From: an uncultured virus (IMG/VR IMGVR_UViG_3300036770_005540)
Lineage: Duplodnaviria; Heunggongvirae; Uroviricota; Caudoviricetes
Reading direction: 5' to 3' (one strand)
Virus record (IMG/VR): IMGVR_UViG_3300036770_005540
Span: 1-64,000 of that record
Length of the DNA: 64,000 bases
This document shows positions 29,959 to 40,110 of this stretch, in pieces (the first letter of the stretch is position 1; each line of letters starts with the position of its first letter). Under the pieces are notes generated by a model, which made no database searches, was not told the DNA's origin, and saw only the letters and a program-made list of their open reading frames with translations. The position numbers and the translations under genes were made by a program.

Positions 29959-30236
29959 GTGACGAACAGGAACGATACGTCCCGCCGCACGAGCGAGAAC
30001 ACCTGTATCTCATGGAACTCGGAAAGTTTCCACCACTCACGTCACGTAAGGTCAGAAACCGCTATCGTGATTTGGTCAAGACTTGGCGACACGACACCGC
30101 AAGATACAGATACAAAGAGATGATTAGGGAAGCAGAGGAGTACTTTACTCTCTCGCAAGGCGACCCAGACAATGCTCACTTGTTCTATTTTCAGCGCAAT
30201 AAGGACGCTAAACCAGACGACTACCTATTTTTCTGA
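29955..30236 (+). CDS. Hypothetical protein
   Basis: ATGA overlap with the upstream gene. Confidence 0.55.
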   Translation: MSDEQERYVPPHEREHLYLMELGKFPPLTSRKVRNRYRDLVKTWRHDTARYRYKEMIREAEEYFTLSQGDPDNAHLFYFQRNKDAKPDDYLFF

Positions 30237-30532
30237 CTTGTCTGACGAATTCGCAGTTTGCCTTCGTCGTCGCCACTTTTTACCCAGTCCTCATGATTGG
30301 CATAAAAAGTCCAACCATCAAAAACCATCTCCTCAAGGAGGTGCATGGTTGACTTGTTGGGTGCCCCGTCAAGCCATGAAAACCATTGAACCTCATAATG
30401 GTCGCCGTGTTGGGCAGTGATTTTGCCCTGTTTATCTATGGGTCGATAATTCGGGAATCCCTCATACTCGCCCTTTTGCCTGTGGGTGTGAACGAAGCGA
30501 CCAACTAAAGAATCTGCTGATTGACTATCCAT
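30221..30532 (-). CDS. Hypothetical protein
   Basis: ATG with upstream AAAGGGGA ribosome-binding site. Confidence 0.6.
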   Translation of the reverse strand: MDSQSADSLVGRFVHTHRQKGEYEGFPNYRPIDKQGKITAQHGDHYEVQWFSWLDGAPNKSTMHLLEEMVFDGWTFYANHEDWVKSGDDEGKLRIRQTSQKNR

Positions 30533-30546
30533 AATCCCCTTTGTGC

Positions 30547-30598
30547 TGAGATGCTTCGTGTCAGACTCTCAGGACTGACTTAACGAAGCACTGCTCAG
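30547..30598 (-). terminator. Hairpin downstream of ssb (terminator or processing stem)
   Basis: CTGAG.TGCTTCGT.GTCAG ... CTGAC..ACGAAGCA..CTCAG inverted repeat. Confidence 0.45.
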
Positions 30599-30605
30599 TC
30601 GGACC

Positions 30606-31061
30606 TTAGAAGGGTTCGCTCTCGTCACCCACGGATGCTGCCACCTTGGCGGTTGCGGGTCGCGTGCGCGGGGCCGCCTGCGTGCGGGCGGGCTGTGAGT
30701 TCTCCTGCTTCACACGGCGCTGAACTGATTCCAGCGAACGGGTGGCGATACCGATTTCATCGGCAATGAGGTCCACGACGGACTTCTTGTTGCCTTCCTT
30801 GTCCTCGTATGAACGCTGTTCCAAGCGACCAGTGACGACGACTCCGATGCCCTTTTCAAGAACACGGGCTGAGTTCTCTGCCAGATAACGCCATGCGGTC
30901 ACGTTGAAGTAGGAAGTCTTTTCCTGCTTCTCTCCGTTTGCGTCGGTGTATCCGTAGTTCACTGCTACGCCAAATGCGAGGCGAGGCGCCCCGCTCTGTG
31001 TGTATTCAAGTTTCGGGTCGTTGGTGACGTTCCCCGAAATGGTGAGTGTTGCTGTTGCCAT
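30606..31061 (-). CDS. ssb: Single-stranded DNA-binding protein
   Basis: GNVT.DP.L.YT.SG, F.VAVN, AW..LAEN, VVVTGRLEQRSY and acidic EPF tail. Confidence 0.95.
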   Translation of the reverse strand: MATATLTISGNVTNDPKLEYTQSGAPRLAFGVAVNYGYTDANGEKQEKTSYFNVTAWRYLAENSARVLEKGIGVVVTGRLEQRSYEDKEGNKKSVVDLIADEIGIATRSLESVQRRVKQENSQPARTQAAPRTRPATAKVAASVGDESEPF

Positions 31062-31123
31062 TACCTTGTTTCTCGCTTCCTTGTTGTTTCGTTTAGCGGG
31101 AGTGAATACCCCCGACACCTAAT

Positions 31124-31360
31124 CTACTTGCTCTCGTCTAGAAAATCAGCGAGCAAGTCGTCGATGGGGACAAGTTTCATCGTCGCCGTGATAACGCCGT
31201 TCTCGTCAATGCTCGTTGTATCAAGCGTGACGGCTTCCAGCATCGTTGAGGCGAAGTCCAAGCAGGCGTCCCGGTCTTCCTCGCCGACCAACTTGCCGAT
31301 GAACTCAGCGAAGTGGTCAAGAACGTTGAGCCTGATTTCCTCTGGGGATAGGTCGCTCAT
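31124..31360 (-). CDS. Hypothetical acidic protein
   Basis: Coupled to 31357..31557 by an ATGA overlap. Confidence 0.6.
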   Translation of the reverse strand: MSDLSPEEIRLNVLDHFAEFIGKLVGEEDRDACLDFASTMLEAVTLDTTSIDENGVITATMKLVPIDDLLADFLDESK

Positions 31361-31557
31361 TGTAGACCCCACGCCCTAAGCCACGCATTTGCGACTGACT
31401 CGGCTTGTTCGTTGCTTTGGCATGGAATGTGGAGAATGTGGCTGTCGGAACTGTCGCCCGTTGGGCTACTAATCCAGACTTCCACAAGGTTTCCGTTGGT
31501 TGTGATTGTCGTTGGAATGCCTTTGAGCGCACCCCTAGACGAAATGATTGTGGTCAT
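31357..31557 (-). CDS. Hypothetical cassette protein
   Basis: ATG 6 nt after TAAGGT of the cassette promoter. Confidence 0.65.
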   Translation of the reverse strand: MTTIISSRGALKGIPTTITTNGNLVEVWISSPTGDSSDSHILHIPCQSNEQAESVANAWLRAWGLQ

Positions 31558-31593
31558 GCCAACACCTTACAGGCAAAAATGGTGTAAGGCAAG

Positions 31594-32520
31594 TTATGCG
31601 CCCGCCATTGCCGACAGCCCCGCCCGCGACCGGCGAAGAAGGTGTGGCGCTGCGAAAGCCGTGATAGTCGCCAAGTGAAGTGGCACTATGTCCTCGTAAC
31701 TGCCATAACCGCCAGCCATGACGATAACCGTACGGGCCCCGAGATTGAGGATGCGCTCTGCGACCATTGCTTCACGGCGCTCAACGACATCTGGCTCAAT
31801 GAATGGGAATACATCCACACCAGCGTTGTAGAACACAATTGCGGGACCGATGGACGCAAGCCTGTTAAGCGCATCGCCAACACCGAGTAGGTATCTGTCT
31901 GGGTCGTCACACAGAATGGCCTGGCTGTTGTAGTTGCTTTCGTAGCCGTCAAAGTCAGAGGTGGAAAGGTCTACCTGTTTGATTTCTGTACCACCGATGT
32001 AGTCGTTGGTCCCGCCGCCGAAGTGGGCGTCAAGGTCAAGAATGGCGACTTGCTGCCCTGTAAGTTTCGCAGCGTACATAGCACCAATCGCTAGCGAGTT
32101 CACCGTACAGTAGCCACGACCCACATTCCGACGGGCGTGGTGAAGCCCACTAGAAAGTGAGCATGAATGGTCATAGCCAGCAAGAACATCATCCACAGCG
32201 CACAATACGCCTGCGGTTGAGTTCAGGACTGAGTGATACACGCCGTTATCCCAACTGAATGAGTTGCTCTCCGCCAACGCGCGGGGCCGTCCAGTCATCA
32301 CTGCTTGTAAGTACTCAGCATCAACGCCGTCAGCAATAGATGACTGCGCCTTTGCCAGCGCACTAGGAATACTTGCTGGGTCTTTGACCCTCACCCACTC
32401 GGACAAGCCAACTTCTGGCATTTGTAGCGAGCGAGCAATGTATCGGGATTTCTGGAATGTCTCAAACTGAGTGTCCGTCCCGCAATAATCTTCGTTCCAA
32501 TAAACATTCATGTTAGTCAT
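31594..32520 (-). CDS. Zn-dependent histone-deacetylase-family (HDAC/AcuC/APAH-like) hydrolase
   Basis: GLHHA...GYC.VN, ILDLDAHFGGGT, YNAGVD and GGY motifs. Confidence 0.88.
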   Translation of the reverse strand: MTNMNVYWNEDYCGTDTQFETFQKSRYIARSLQMPEVGLSEWVRVKDPASIPSALAKAQSSIADGVDAEYLQAVMTGRPRALAESNSFSWDNGVYHSVLNSTAGVLCAVDDVLAGYDHSCSLSSGLHHARRNVGRGYCTVNSLAIGAMYAAKLTGQQVAILDLDAHFGGGTNDYIGGTEIKQVDLSTSDFDGYESNYNSQAILCDDPDRYLLGVGDALNRLASIGPAIVFYNAGVDVFPFIEPDVVERREAMVAERILNLGARTVIVMAGGYGSYEDIVPLHLATITAFAAPHLLRRSRAGLSAMAGA

Positions 32521-33032
32521 AGTGATAACAATGATACGGCGCAAGAGGGGTAAAGCCAACCCCCACCAACGCCTCGGGGGGACATTTGGGCGTTGATGGG
32601 GGTGACTTTGTTGCCTTACTGCTTTCTAAAGCGAGTAAGAAGCACCGTGACTAGCACGGTTGCCACAATAAGCGAATACGAGACATACTCGCTAATGCGA
32701 ATGGTCAAGTCCACTTTGTTCCCCCTTTCTTAGTAGGTACGCTATCACCTTACAGGCAATAATGAGATACCGCAACTAGTTCCTTACGACCAGCCACAAG
32801 AAGTAAAAGAATATAAAGGCACCGAAGCCCACAATCTCATGCGTCAGCATTGCCGAGGGCCCCGTCTATGCGGGGTATCCACTGTCCGCCAACACGATAG
32901 AAGCCCATCAGTTCGGCGTAATCAGTATCATCATGAAACACGACTTCACGGCAATAGTCGCATATCTCAGACTGAGAATATATGCGCTCAACGGGGCAGG
33001 TACAGGTATTTTTGTCTGTCATATCGCCCCGC

Positions 33033-33365
33033 TCAGCAACTTTCCCAGACTTCGCCGTTGCGCAGTTCTAGGCGACAGTCGTTACTTGTTGGTAACCAGA
33101 TTTGCCAACCAGCCTGAATGGTGGTCCCGTAGGTGTTCACCAGATTATCTGTGACTGCCTGAATGTTGCCGTCGCACTTGGCTTGGGCAATAGCCCAGAG
33201 TGTGTCACCATACTGAACCGTGTGTGGCTCAGGGTCGCAAGTGAACCTATCGGCGTTGGCTGATGCCAACCCGATTACGCCCACAAGCCCGACGCAGGCA
33301 GCAACCCACGCCAAGGCGTGACGAACCTGCCTAGTCCGATAGTTGTGAATGTTGAGTTGTTTCAT
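33033..33365 (-). CDS. Membrane-anchored LysM-domain protein
   Basis: TM segment then HTVQYGDTLWAIA...IQAG.QI.LP. Cassette promoter upstream. Confidence 0.8.
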   Translation of the reverse strand: MKQLNIHNYRTRQVRHALAWVAACVGLVGVIGLASANADRFTCDPEPHTVQYGDTLWAIAQAKCDGNIQAVTDNLVNTYGTTIQAGWQIWLPTSNDCRLELRNGEVWESC

Positions 33366-33766
33366 ACTCCCACCTTACAGGCAATAATGAGATACGCCGA
33401 CCTCACCATTTGGTGGGTCGGCGCACCTCAGCCACTAGCAAGCGAGGTCGGGGTCACCCTCGCAAGGCAAGCCCTTGGCAACGCTGTTACTGTCGCAGGC
33501 ACACATGACGCAAGTAGGACCGTCATTTTCTGGCAAGATATGCCAGAGGTGACTGTCGTGTATGTCGTTGTGTAGCCCAACCATGTGGTTAGTGTCGTTG
33601 TTCATGCGACCACCTTACAGGCAATAATGCCATAAACCTACCTACACGGGCGACCGCCCCGATGCCTCGCCCAACGAACCCAAGCAAACATAACTAACGC
33701 GGGGCCCCCAGGGGAAAGCGCTTTTTCTATACCTTACGGTGGCGGAAAGGCTTTGTGAACGCCCCG

Positions 33767-33952
33767 CTATTCGGTCAACTCGTCGTTGAGTTCCGCCGTC
33801 ACGAGTGCCATGTGGCAGAAAAAGTACAGGAGTAGTGTACCGAACATCCACATGCCCAGCAGTGGTGGTGATGGCATGATTATCGCCCCCACCAACATCA
33901 GCAACAGGTGTGCTGTTACCAGCATCGCTAATAGTTTTGAGTATCTATCCAT
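33767..33952 (-). CDS. Small two-TM membrane protein
   Basis: Two hydrophobic helices. Cassette promoter upstream. Confidence 0.65.
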   Translation of the reverse strand: MDRYSKLLAMLVTAHLLLMLVGAIIMPSPPLLGMWMFGTLLLYFFCHMALVTAELNDELTE

Positions 33953-34790
33953 GCTCTTACCTTACAGGCAATAATAGTATTGCGCTACAGCCAGAACCAT
34001 GCGGTTTCTCGTGCGGTGCCGAAGGCCCCGTCGGTTTGCTCGCCAAGCCATTTATGCGCTTTGTCTTTGCACGAACTCCCCCTGAATACTTCCACGGTTT
34101 GCGTGTTCGTCTGCAAGTTTGTAAGGGTTAGGCGACGAACCATGTCGGGGTACAGGGTTCCGTTCTGACGCAAGTCGCCACGCTCAATCTTTACACTCCA
34201 ATGTTCGGCTCGGGGCTCCGCCGCAAGTGCCAAGTTCACTATCTCGACTTTGTTGATGCTCACTTGTCCAGCACCCACTCGATTACTTCGGCTTGTTCGT
34301 CAGTGACATCGTCGGTGAGTGGGGCAGAGAAGTAGTCCTCCAACTGGCCAGTAGCCCACTCGTAGAACTGCTCCATTACCTGCTCAGCCTCTTCAGGGTT
34401 GAGCCCTTCCAGATTTACCTTTGGCATTTTGTTCATACCTCAACCTTACAGGCAATAATCGTCTTGTGCAACCAAGTCACTTATAGTGACGATGCGACCA
34501 CGCCACAGCGACTTCCACGGCGACCGCCCCGCTGACCGGAGGCCCTGGGCGTGTTCCCAACGACATTGTTCTTCCCAATAGCAGTCGTATTCCTCTTCAG
34601 ACATTGCCTCCAAGTCGGCGTCAGTTGGGTCGTAGTAGCGGGGCCAGCGCTGCCACTTGTAAACGGGTTCAAGCAACTTCATCGTCAATAAGCCTTTTGA
34701 CTAGATAGCCAATCGCTGCACAAGACACCACGAGTATTGCGATGAACAGGTCCCATTCGCCCCAATGGGACCTCCAGTGCCCCGCCAGCA

Positions 34791-35330
34791 TTACTGGGAG
34801 ACGAACTTCTGGAAGTCAGAGATGACGTCTGCTATTGCGCCCTGAACATCATCCCCACTTTCGGTAATCTCCTCGCCAAACAACGGCAGTCCGTTGTCGC
34901 CATACTTGTAAGAGATTACGGTGTTGGTGCGCCGCCCCGAGATGTCAAACACCATTACCGAGAGAACTTCACCAACTGAAGGGTCTACTTCTTGCGTAAA
35001 CGCCCTCTGTAAGTCGCCACGCCGAATCTCCTCATTTGGATTTTTGTTTTCCTTGATGTATGCCTCAACAATAATTCCCACCATTCGGGGCACCCCATGT
35101 TCCATAAACGCTTGCTGAAGTTCATGGTGTAGTACGTCTGGGGCTGGGACTTCTTCACTTGGTGGAGTCATGGCGATAATGGTTATTGCGTCGTCAGTCT
35201 GCCAGATTAGGAATGGCGGTGCGTCCGCTGGCCCCGAGGAATCAGAACACATAATCAACTTGGCTCCCTTGGCGAAGGTTACGGCTGATTCGGCAAAACG
35301 CTTGAATTTCCGAGAGTTGCCTTTAGCCAT
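34791..35330 (-). CDS. Hypothetical protein
   Basis: Start at MAKGNS, coupled to 35323..35538. Confidence 0.6.
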   Translation of the reverse strand: MAKGNSRKFKRFAESAVTFAKGAKLIMCSDSSGPADAPPFLIWQTDDAITIIAMTPPSEEVPAPDVLHHELQQAFMEHGVPRMVGIIVEAYIKENKNPNEEIRRGDLQRAFTQEVDPSVGEVLSVMVFDISGRRTNTVISYKYGDNGLPLFGEEITESGDDVQGAIADVISDFQKFVSQ

Positions 35331-35894
35331 TCTGCTGCGCCTTTGAGTAGCGATAGTTCTCATACAAGTCGTGAGCGTGGGCAAAGATGATTTCTTCGTA
35401 CTTGTCGCTCTCATACACTTCTTCAGTATGGGGCAAGCGGGCGCTATCAACTAGTTCGTGAAGCGCCTTTTCGTACCAATACTCCACGACTTCGTCAGGT
35501 TGGTCGCACAGGGCGAACGTAATGGGGTTGTCATTCATAATCTGACCTTACAGGCAATAACTCATTATTCCAACTGTCCGGTTTATGCGGGGCCCGTCGT
35601 CGGGCCGTGTTGGCGCTCACACCGCCCTCAGTCGCTCGACGTACTCGCACTGGTCGTTTATGGGCGCATCAGTAAAGTCCTGAGCAGTCAGTTCTCGGTC
35701 TATGCGGCCAGTCAGGCAAGACAGGCACAGCATTCCCTCGCCAGCCCCGTGCTTGTCCCACAGTTCGTCGTGAACCATGTAATACTCGCCGTACTCGGCG
35801 GTGTGGATACCGCAGTCGTGGCAGTCAAACGCCCCACTCCAATAGAAGTCATCATGCTCATCTAGGTAGGCATCTAGGTCAGCGTCGGTCATCA

Positions 35895-36032
35895 TCACCC
35901 CTCTCCCTCGTGGAAAGGATACCAACCCCAACCGCCGTCGTTGCAGCAGTCGCATTCGTTGTCTGCGATTTCCCGATAGCAGGAGTCGCAGTATCCAGGG
36001 TTGTATGGGTTGTTGCTCGGTGTGTTCTCCAT
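35895..36032 (-). CDS. 45-aa Cys-rich peptide (paralog A)
   Basis: MENTPSNNPYNPGYCDSC...ECDCCNDGGWGWYPFH. Cassette promoter upstream. Too short for the supplied ORF track. Confidence 0.75.
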   Translation of the reverse strand: MENTPSNNPYNPGYCDSCYREIADNECDCCNDGGWGWYPFHEGEG

Positions 36033-36085
36033 GCCTACACCTTACAGGCAATAATGGTATAGTCCTACCGCACAACCGCACAAGG

Positions 36086-36116
36086 TTATCCACAGGCTGT
36101 ACACAGGTTATCCACA
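36086..36116 (+). promoter_or_regulatory. DnaA-box cluster
   Basis: TTATCCACA at 36086 and 36108 with a degenerate CTGTACACA between them (11-bp period). Confidence 0.65.
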
Positions 36117-36264
36117 GGCGCACCCCAGCCGCCGCCATGCGGCAGCCCCGTGGTCACGCCACGTGCGGAAACCAATAAATACAAAAAGCGGGACAACCCC
36201 CAAAAAATGTGTTTCTCTATGTCTTACGGTGGCGGAAAGGCCTTGGGGCTAGGCCCCGTTTCGT

Positions 36265-36510
36265 CTATGAGACATAGAACCTGACGGCCTCTTTGGTGGT
36301 CAGCAGGTCTCGGTCGTAGCGGTGGTCATACCAAGCCCCGGAGAAGCGATAGAGAACGCTCGTCAGGGCCTTGTAGAGGATTTCTTCTTTCTCCTCTGGC
36401 CACTGCGTATCGTCTGCCTCGGCCCCGGCCGCCTCAAGGGTGGCCATAGCCTCGGTCAGTAGGAACTTCAGTTGTTCTACTCGTTCGGTCAGTTTCTGTG
36501 TCTCTTCCAT
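36265..36510 (-). CDS. Hypothetical cassette protein
   Basis: ATG 6 nt after a TAAGAT promoter variant. Confidence 0.65.
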   Translation of the reverse strand: MEETQKLTERVEQLKFLLTEAMATLEAAGAEADDTQWPEEKEEILYKALTSVLYRFSGAWYDHRYDRDLLTTKEAVRFYVS

Positions 36511-36583
36511 ACTGTCATCTTACAGGCAATAATGATGTACCACAACTGTAGCCTTATCCCATTATTGCCTGTAAGGTCTTGGT

Positions 36584-36721
36584 ATGACACCGACCAACAA
36601 TCCATACAACAGCGAGTATTGCGATGCCTGCGACACCTACCTCAAGGGTGACGAGTGCGCCTGCCACAATGACGGTGGCTGGGGCTGGTATCCATTCCAC
36701 AACGAAGAAACCGAGGACTAA
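36584..36721 (+). CDS. 45-aa Cys-rich peptide (paralog B)
   Basis: MTPTNNPYNSEYCDAC...ECACHNDGGWGWYPFH. Inverted cassette promoter at 36560. Confidence 0.75.
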   Translation: MTPTNNPYNSEYCDACDTYLKGDECACHNDGGWGWYPFHNEETED

Positions 36722-37558
36722 GTTCCGGACAGGGGCTTGGTGAGCAGTAGTGAAAGCCCGAGGCATTGGGTGAAAGCCGACTGTCGCCTAGATGCTCATC
36801 AGGCTGGGGGGTTGGGGCCGCATCATTGGATGCGACAACCTCAACCCCCACCTGCGGGACGTATCGCTAGAACAGTTTCTCTTGCTGTTCTCTAGTTTCT
36901 TTGGTGAAACAGAAGTCGTGGCGATAACGGTAATGCTCTTGCTCTACTGAGAACATGGTCTTGCCTTGTCTTATCCAGCAAGTGGCGAGCCGCACGGTCG
37001 TCCCGCCCTTTGGGTCAATCTCGTACCCACACAGTTCACAAGTGTAAAGGGGTGGCACACCTACCACAGCAACTCAACTTTCTCCATTGTCTCATCTGCG
37101 ACTTCATCTTGATAAAACGGGTCAAACTCGCTTCCTCGTATTGAGTCGGCAACATCGGGGCGTCGCTCAGCGAGCATGTTGAAGAATACTTGACCTGCTC
37201 GCATCGCCTTGTTGGGCGAAGTGCTTCTCAGGTGATGCTCAAAGTTGATGGCGAAGTCCAACAGGAACTGATTGAAGGAATCACTCATTGAGGGCGTCTA
37301 AACGATGAAGAATGTGGGGTGTGCGCTCCCCCACCCAAGCACCTTGACAGTTGAACTCAATGTATTCAACCGCCTCGTCGTAGGACAGACCGTCCCGCGT
37401 CATCAACACGCTCACCATCTTGTCAAAGTCATAAACTGCCGTTTCTGGCTCGTTTATTCGTGTGGTGTAGCCGAGAAACGCGTCATCAAACCCATCCATC
37501 AGAAGAAGGTTCATGTCAGCGTCTTTCAGCGCCCTGTCAATCGCGGGACGGGTCGGCA

Positions 37559-37780
37559 CTATTTCAGAACTTCTGCTGGCTTTACCGACAGCGTTTCGCA
37601 CAGACGAAACAGCGTGTTGAGGTTTGGCGAGAAGTGGTTGTTCTCAATGCGGTTCACAGTCTTGCGGTCAATGCCAGACTTGTCGGCAAGTGCGTTCTGC
37701 GACATGCCCCGCTCGATACGAAGGTCTTTGAGTTTCTCGGCAACTCGTCGTTCCTTCTTTATGATTTCTGATTTCTTCAT
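37559..37780 (-). CDS. XRE/Cro-family HTH regulator
   Basis: LKDLR.ERGMSQ.ALA..SGI.RKTV.RIEN....P.L.TL. Confidence 0.9.
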   Translation of the reverse strand: MKKSEIIKKERRVAEKLKDLRIERGMSQNALADKSGIDRKTVNRIENNHFSPNLNTLFRLCETLSVKPAEVLK

Positions 37781-38242
37781 TTCTTCTCCTATGGGTGTGT
37801 GTATTGCTAGGTCAGTCATAGTACAGTCTCATTTCTTGCTTTGCAAGTCGTGTTATTGCTCCTTCATTATGAAGTAGTTTGCGACAACTACGAACACGCC
37901 ATAAGTGACTAGGAATACCGCAACATAGTTCATACGCCGTTCCACTTCCACTTGCGACAAGCCTGCTTGTCAGCCTGCTTGCGCTTGTCGGTGTGGGTCT
38001 GCGCTCTGGTGCGTGAGCCGTCAGCGAAGGCTTGACGGTCTGTCTCGTTCCACTTGCGTCGTTTCATAGAGTTCCCCCTGCCACCCCCCTATCAGGCAAG
38101 GGGGGTTGGCAGGATTAGTAGTTACGCCTGATACCTAAACCTTACAGGCAATAATGCGATAAGGCGACTTGGGCTGGGGTTGCCCCCGTGCTTGGGGCGA
38201 CAGCCCCGAGGGGGCCGGCGACGGGGTTCGTGATAGGCTATT

Positions 38243-38518
38243 ATGACGATTATGAGTAATAACACCAATGACATGGATGATTTCCGGGACTGGCGCTTTG
38301 ATGCGCCCAATCGCGAGCACATGCTTGAACGCAGAGTCAAGGAACTTGAAGACACTGTGTCTCGCTTGGAGAAGGAACTAAGCCGTATGAAGTCAAAAGA
38401 CTTTGACGCCATTGCTTACAGAAATGAAAAGACAATTAGCGGGGCAGGCAACAAGACGATTGGTGCTTTGGCTGGCACCATTAGCATTCTTCCAGAATCA
38501 CCGCACAAGGCTGACTAA
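38243..38518 (+). CDS. Hypothetical coiled-coil protein
   Basis: Heptad segment LERRVKELEDTVSRLEKEL. Confidence 0.55.
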   Translation: MTIMSNNTNDMDDFRDWRFDAPNREHMLERRVKELEDTVSRLEKELSRMKSKDFDAIAYRNEKTISGAGNKTIGALAGTISILPESPHKAD

Positions 38519-39789
38519 TGGCCGAAGAGAAGCCACAGCAGCCCCGCGAGACTGTCGTGCGGGTTACTTCGGATGACAAGAAGAAGCAAGTGCCTCGCTT
38601 TGTCGAGCCCCGCCCACGCGGGTCGTCTTGCTGCCCAGGCCGATAAAAGCATAGAACGGGGCCGCGCTGTGGCGGTCTGGGGGTTTCCCCCCAGACCCAC
38701 GCTGCCCTATTGGGCGAGCGTGTCGGCTACCAGCCGCGCTACGTGAGCGCGTAGGCGTGCCGTCGCGTGCCAGCCGCGCTCTGCGACCGCCGCGTCAAGC
38801 GCGGCGAGCAGGGCGAGCGCGAGCGCTATGCGCTGCGACTTCATGTCCCCCCTTGTCCCCCCCACCCCCCACCGCGTCGGGCGCTGCGGCGGGGGCGGGG
38901 GCTTGGTTGGTGATGCCCGACACCAACATCTTACAGGCAATAATGGTGTACCACAACTAGCCCCATTCGTGCGCGGGCGCACAAGCGCGGGCGCACACAC
39001 GCGCACGCGGGGCCGCAGGCGCGTACGCGCATACGTGCGCGCGAACGCGGGACAAAGGGCAAAAAGTGTGTTTCTCTATGCCTCACGGTGGTGGAAAGCA
39101 CCACGCGCCAGCCCCGTGCGAGCCGGCCTTGCCGTATGTGAGATTGCTAACTTTATGTAGGTATCTCGTCTGCGTATTCCAGCGCAATGTCCAACTCATC
39201 ACGATTGGTGACGGCCCCGTTCACGACGGCCCAAGCGAGTTGCTGTGCTTCTTGTTCGCTTCTCGCATACACAGTTGTCGTCAGACTGAAACAGACATGG
39301 AATGGCGCTCGAGCGGGGCCCCCCGCCGTGGGGTCACCGCTCATTTCGGCTGCCACCCTTGCGGAGTGCGGATGTGATGTAGTCGGCCTGCCCTGATGAT
39401 GTCGTTGGTGATGCTGAGTAGTGCGCCCACCCACTCAACTTCGGTAAGGCCTTGCTCTGCAATGTAGTCATCCTGACGGCCTGCAGCGAAGTCTCCCCAC
39501 AGGGCAGCGATGGCATCCTTGCCGACTGCGCCTATGCCGAGATAGTCGTCGGCCAGAACTGAGATGAGTGAGTTGTCGTGTGTCGTGGTCATACCCTTAC
39601 CTTACAGGCAATAATGGATTAGTGCTACTCAGGGCCGCTGGGGTGCGGCCGCCCCGCTGCGCGGGTGCTTAGCGCACCACCAGCACACTATGTTGTCGTG
39701 GTGGTCACTCCATGTTGGCAAGTAGTTGTCGTGCGCCACGGTCATTGCGTCGCCACAGTCAGGGCAGGGCTTACCCTCGTCGGAGTGCG

Positions 39790-40110
39790 TCACTTGGCTA
39801 ACTCTCGCCAAAGACGGAACTCAAAGAGTCCTGCGATGGGGTTCGGGTATCCGACTATCTCATTGACCCAGCGTTCAGCGTCGGAGTGCTGAGTCTCACA
39901 GTTGCGGAATGACTTGCCATAAGTGCCAATAAGGGTGCGGTCACGCTTACCTCGCTGGATGTTGATGTGTATCTCGTCAGTCTCAGGGCTATGGAGAACT
40001 GCGAGTATCCATGTTGCCGAGTAACCGCCCCATAGGTCAGTTGTCTCAAACTCCACCGAGTAGGTGGCGATGTCTAGGGGTTCAAGTTGGTGTTCGGTGA
40101 TTACTTCCAT
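39790..40110 (-). CDS. Hypothetical cassette protein
   Basis: Start refined to the ATG 6 nt after TAAGGT. Confidence 0.6.
   Translation of the reverse strand: MEVITEHQLEPLDIATYSVEFETTDLWGGYSATWILAVLHSPETDEIHINIQRGKRDRTLIGTYGKSFRNCETQHSDAERWVNEIVGYPNPIAGLFEFRLWRELAK

Noticed and set aside
36740..36805. CTGATGAG on the minus strand suggesting a hammerhead ribozyme
   Set aside because: No correctly placed GAAA core after the stem, so it is not supportable.
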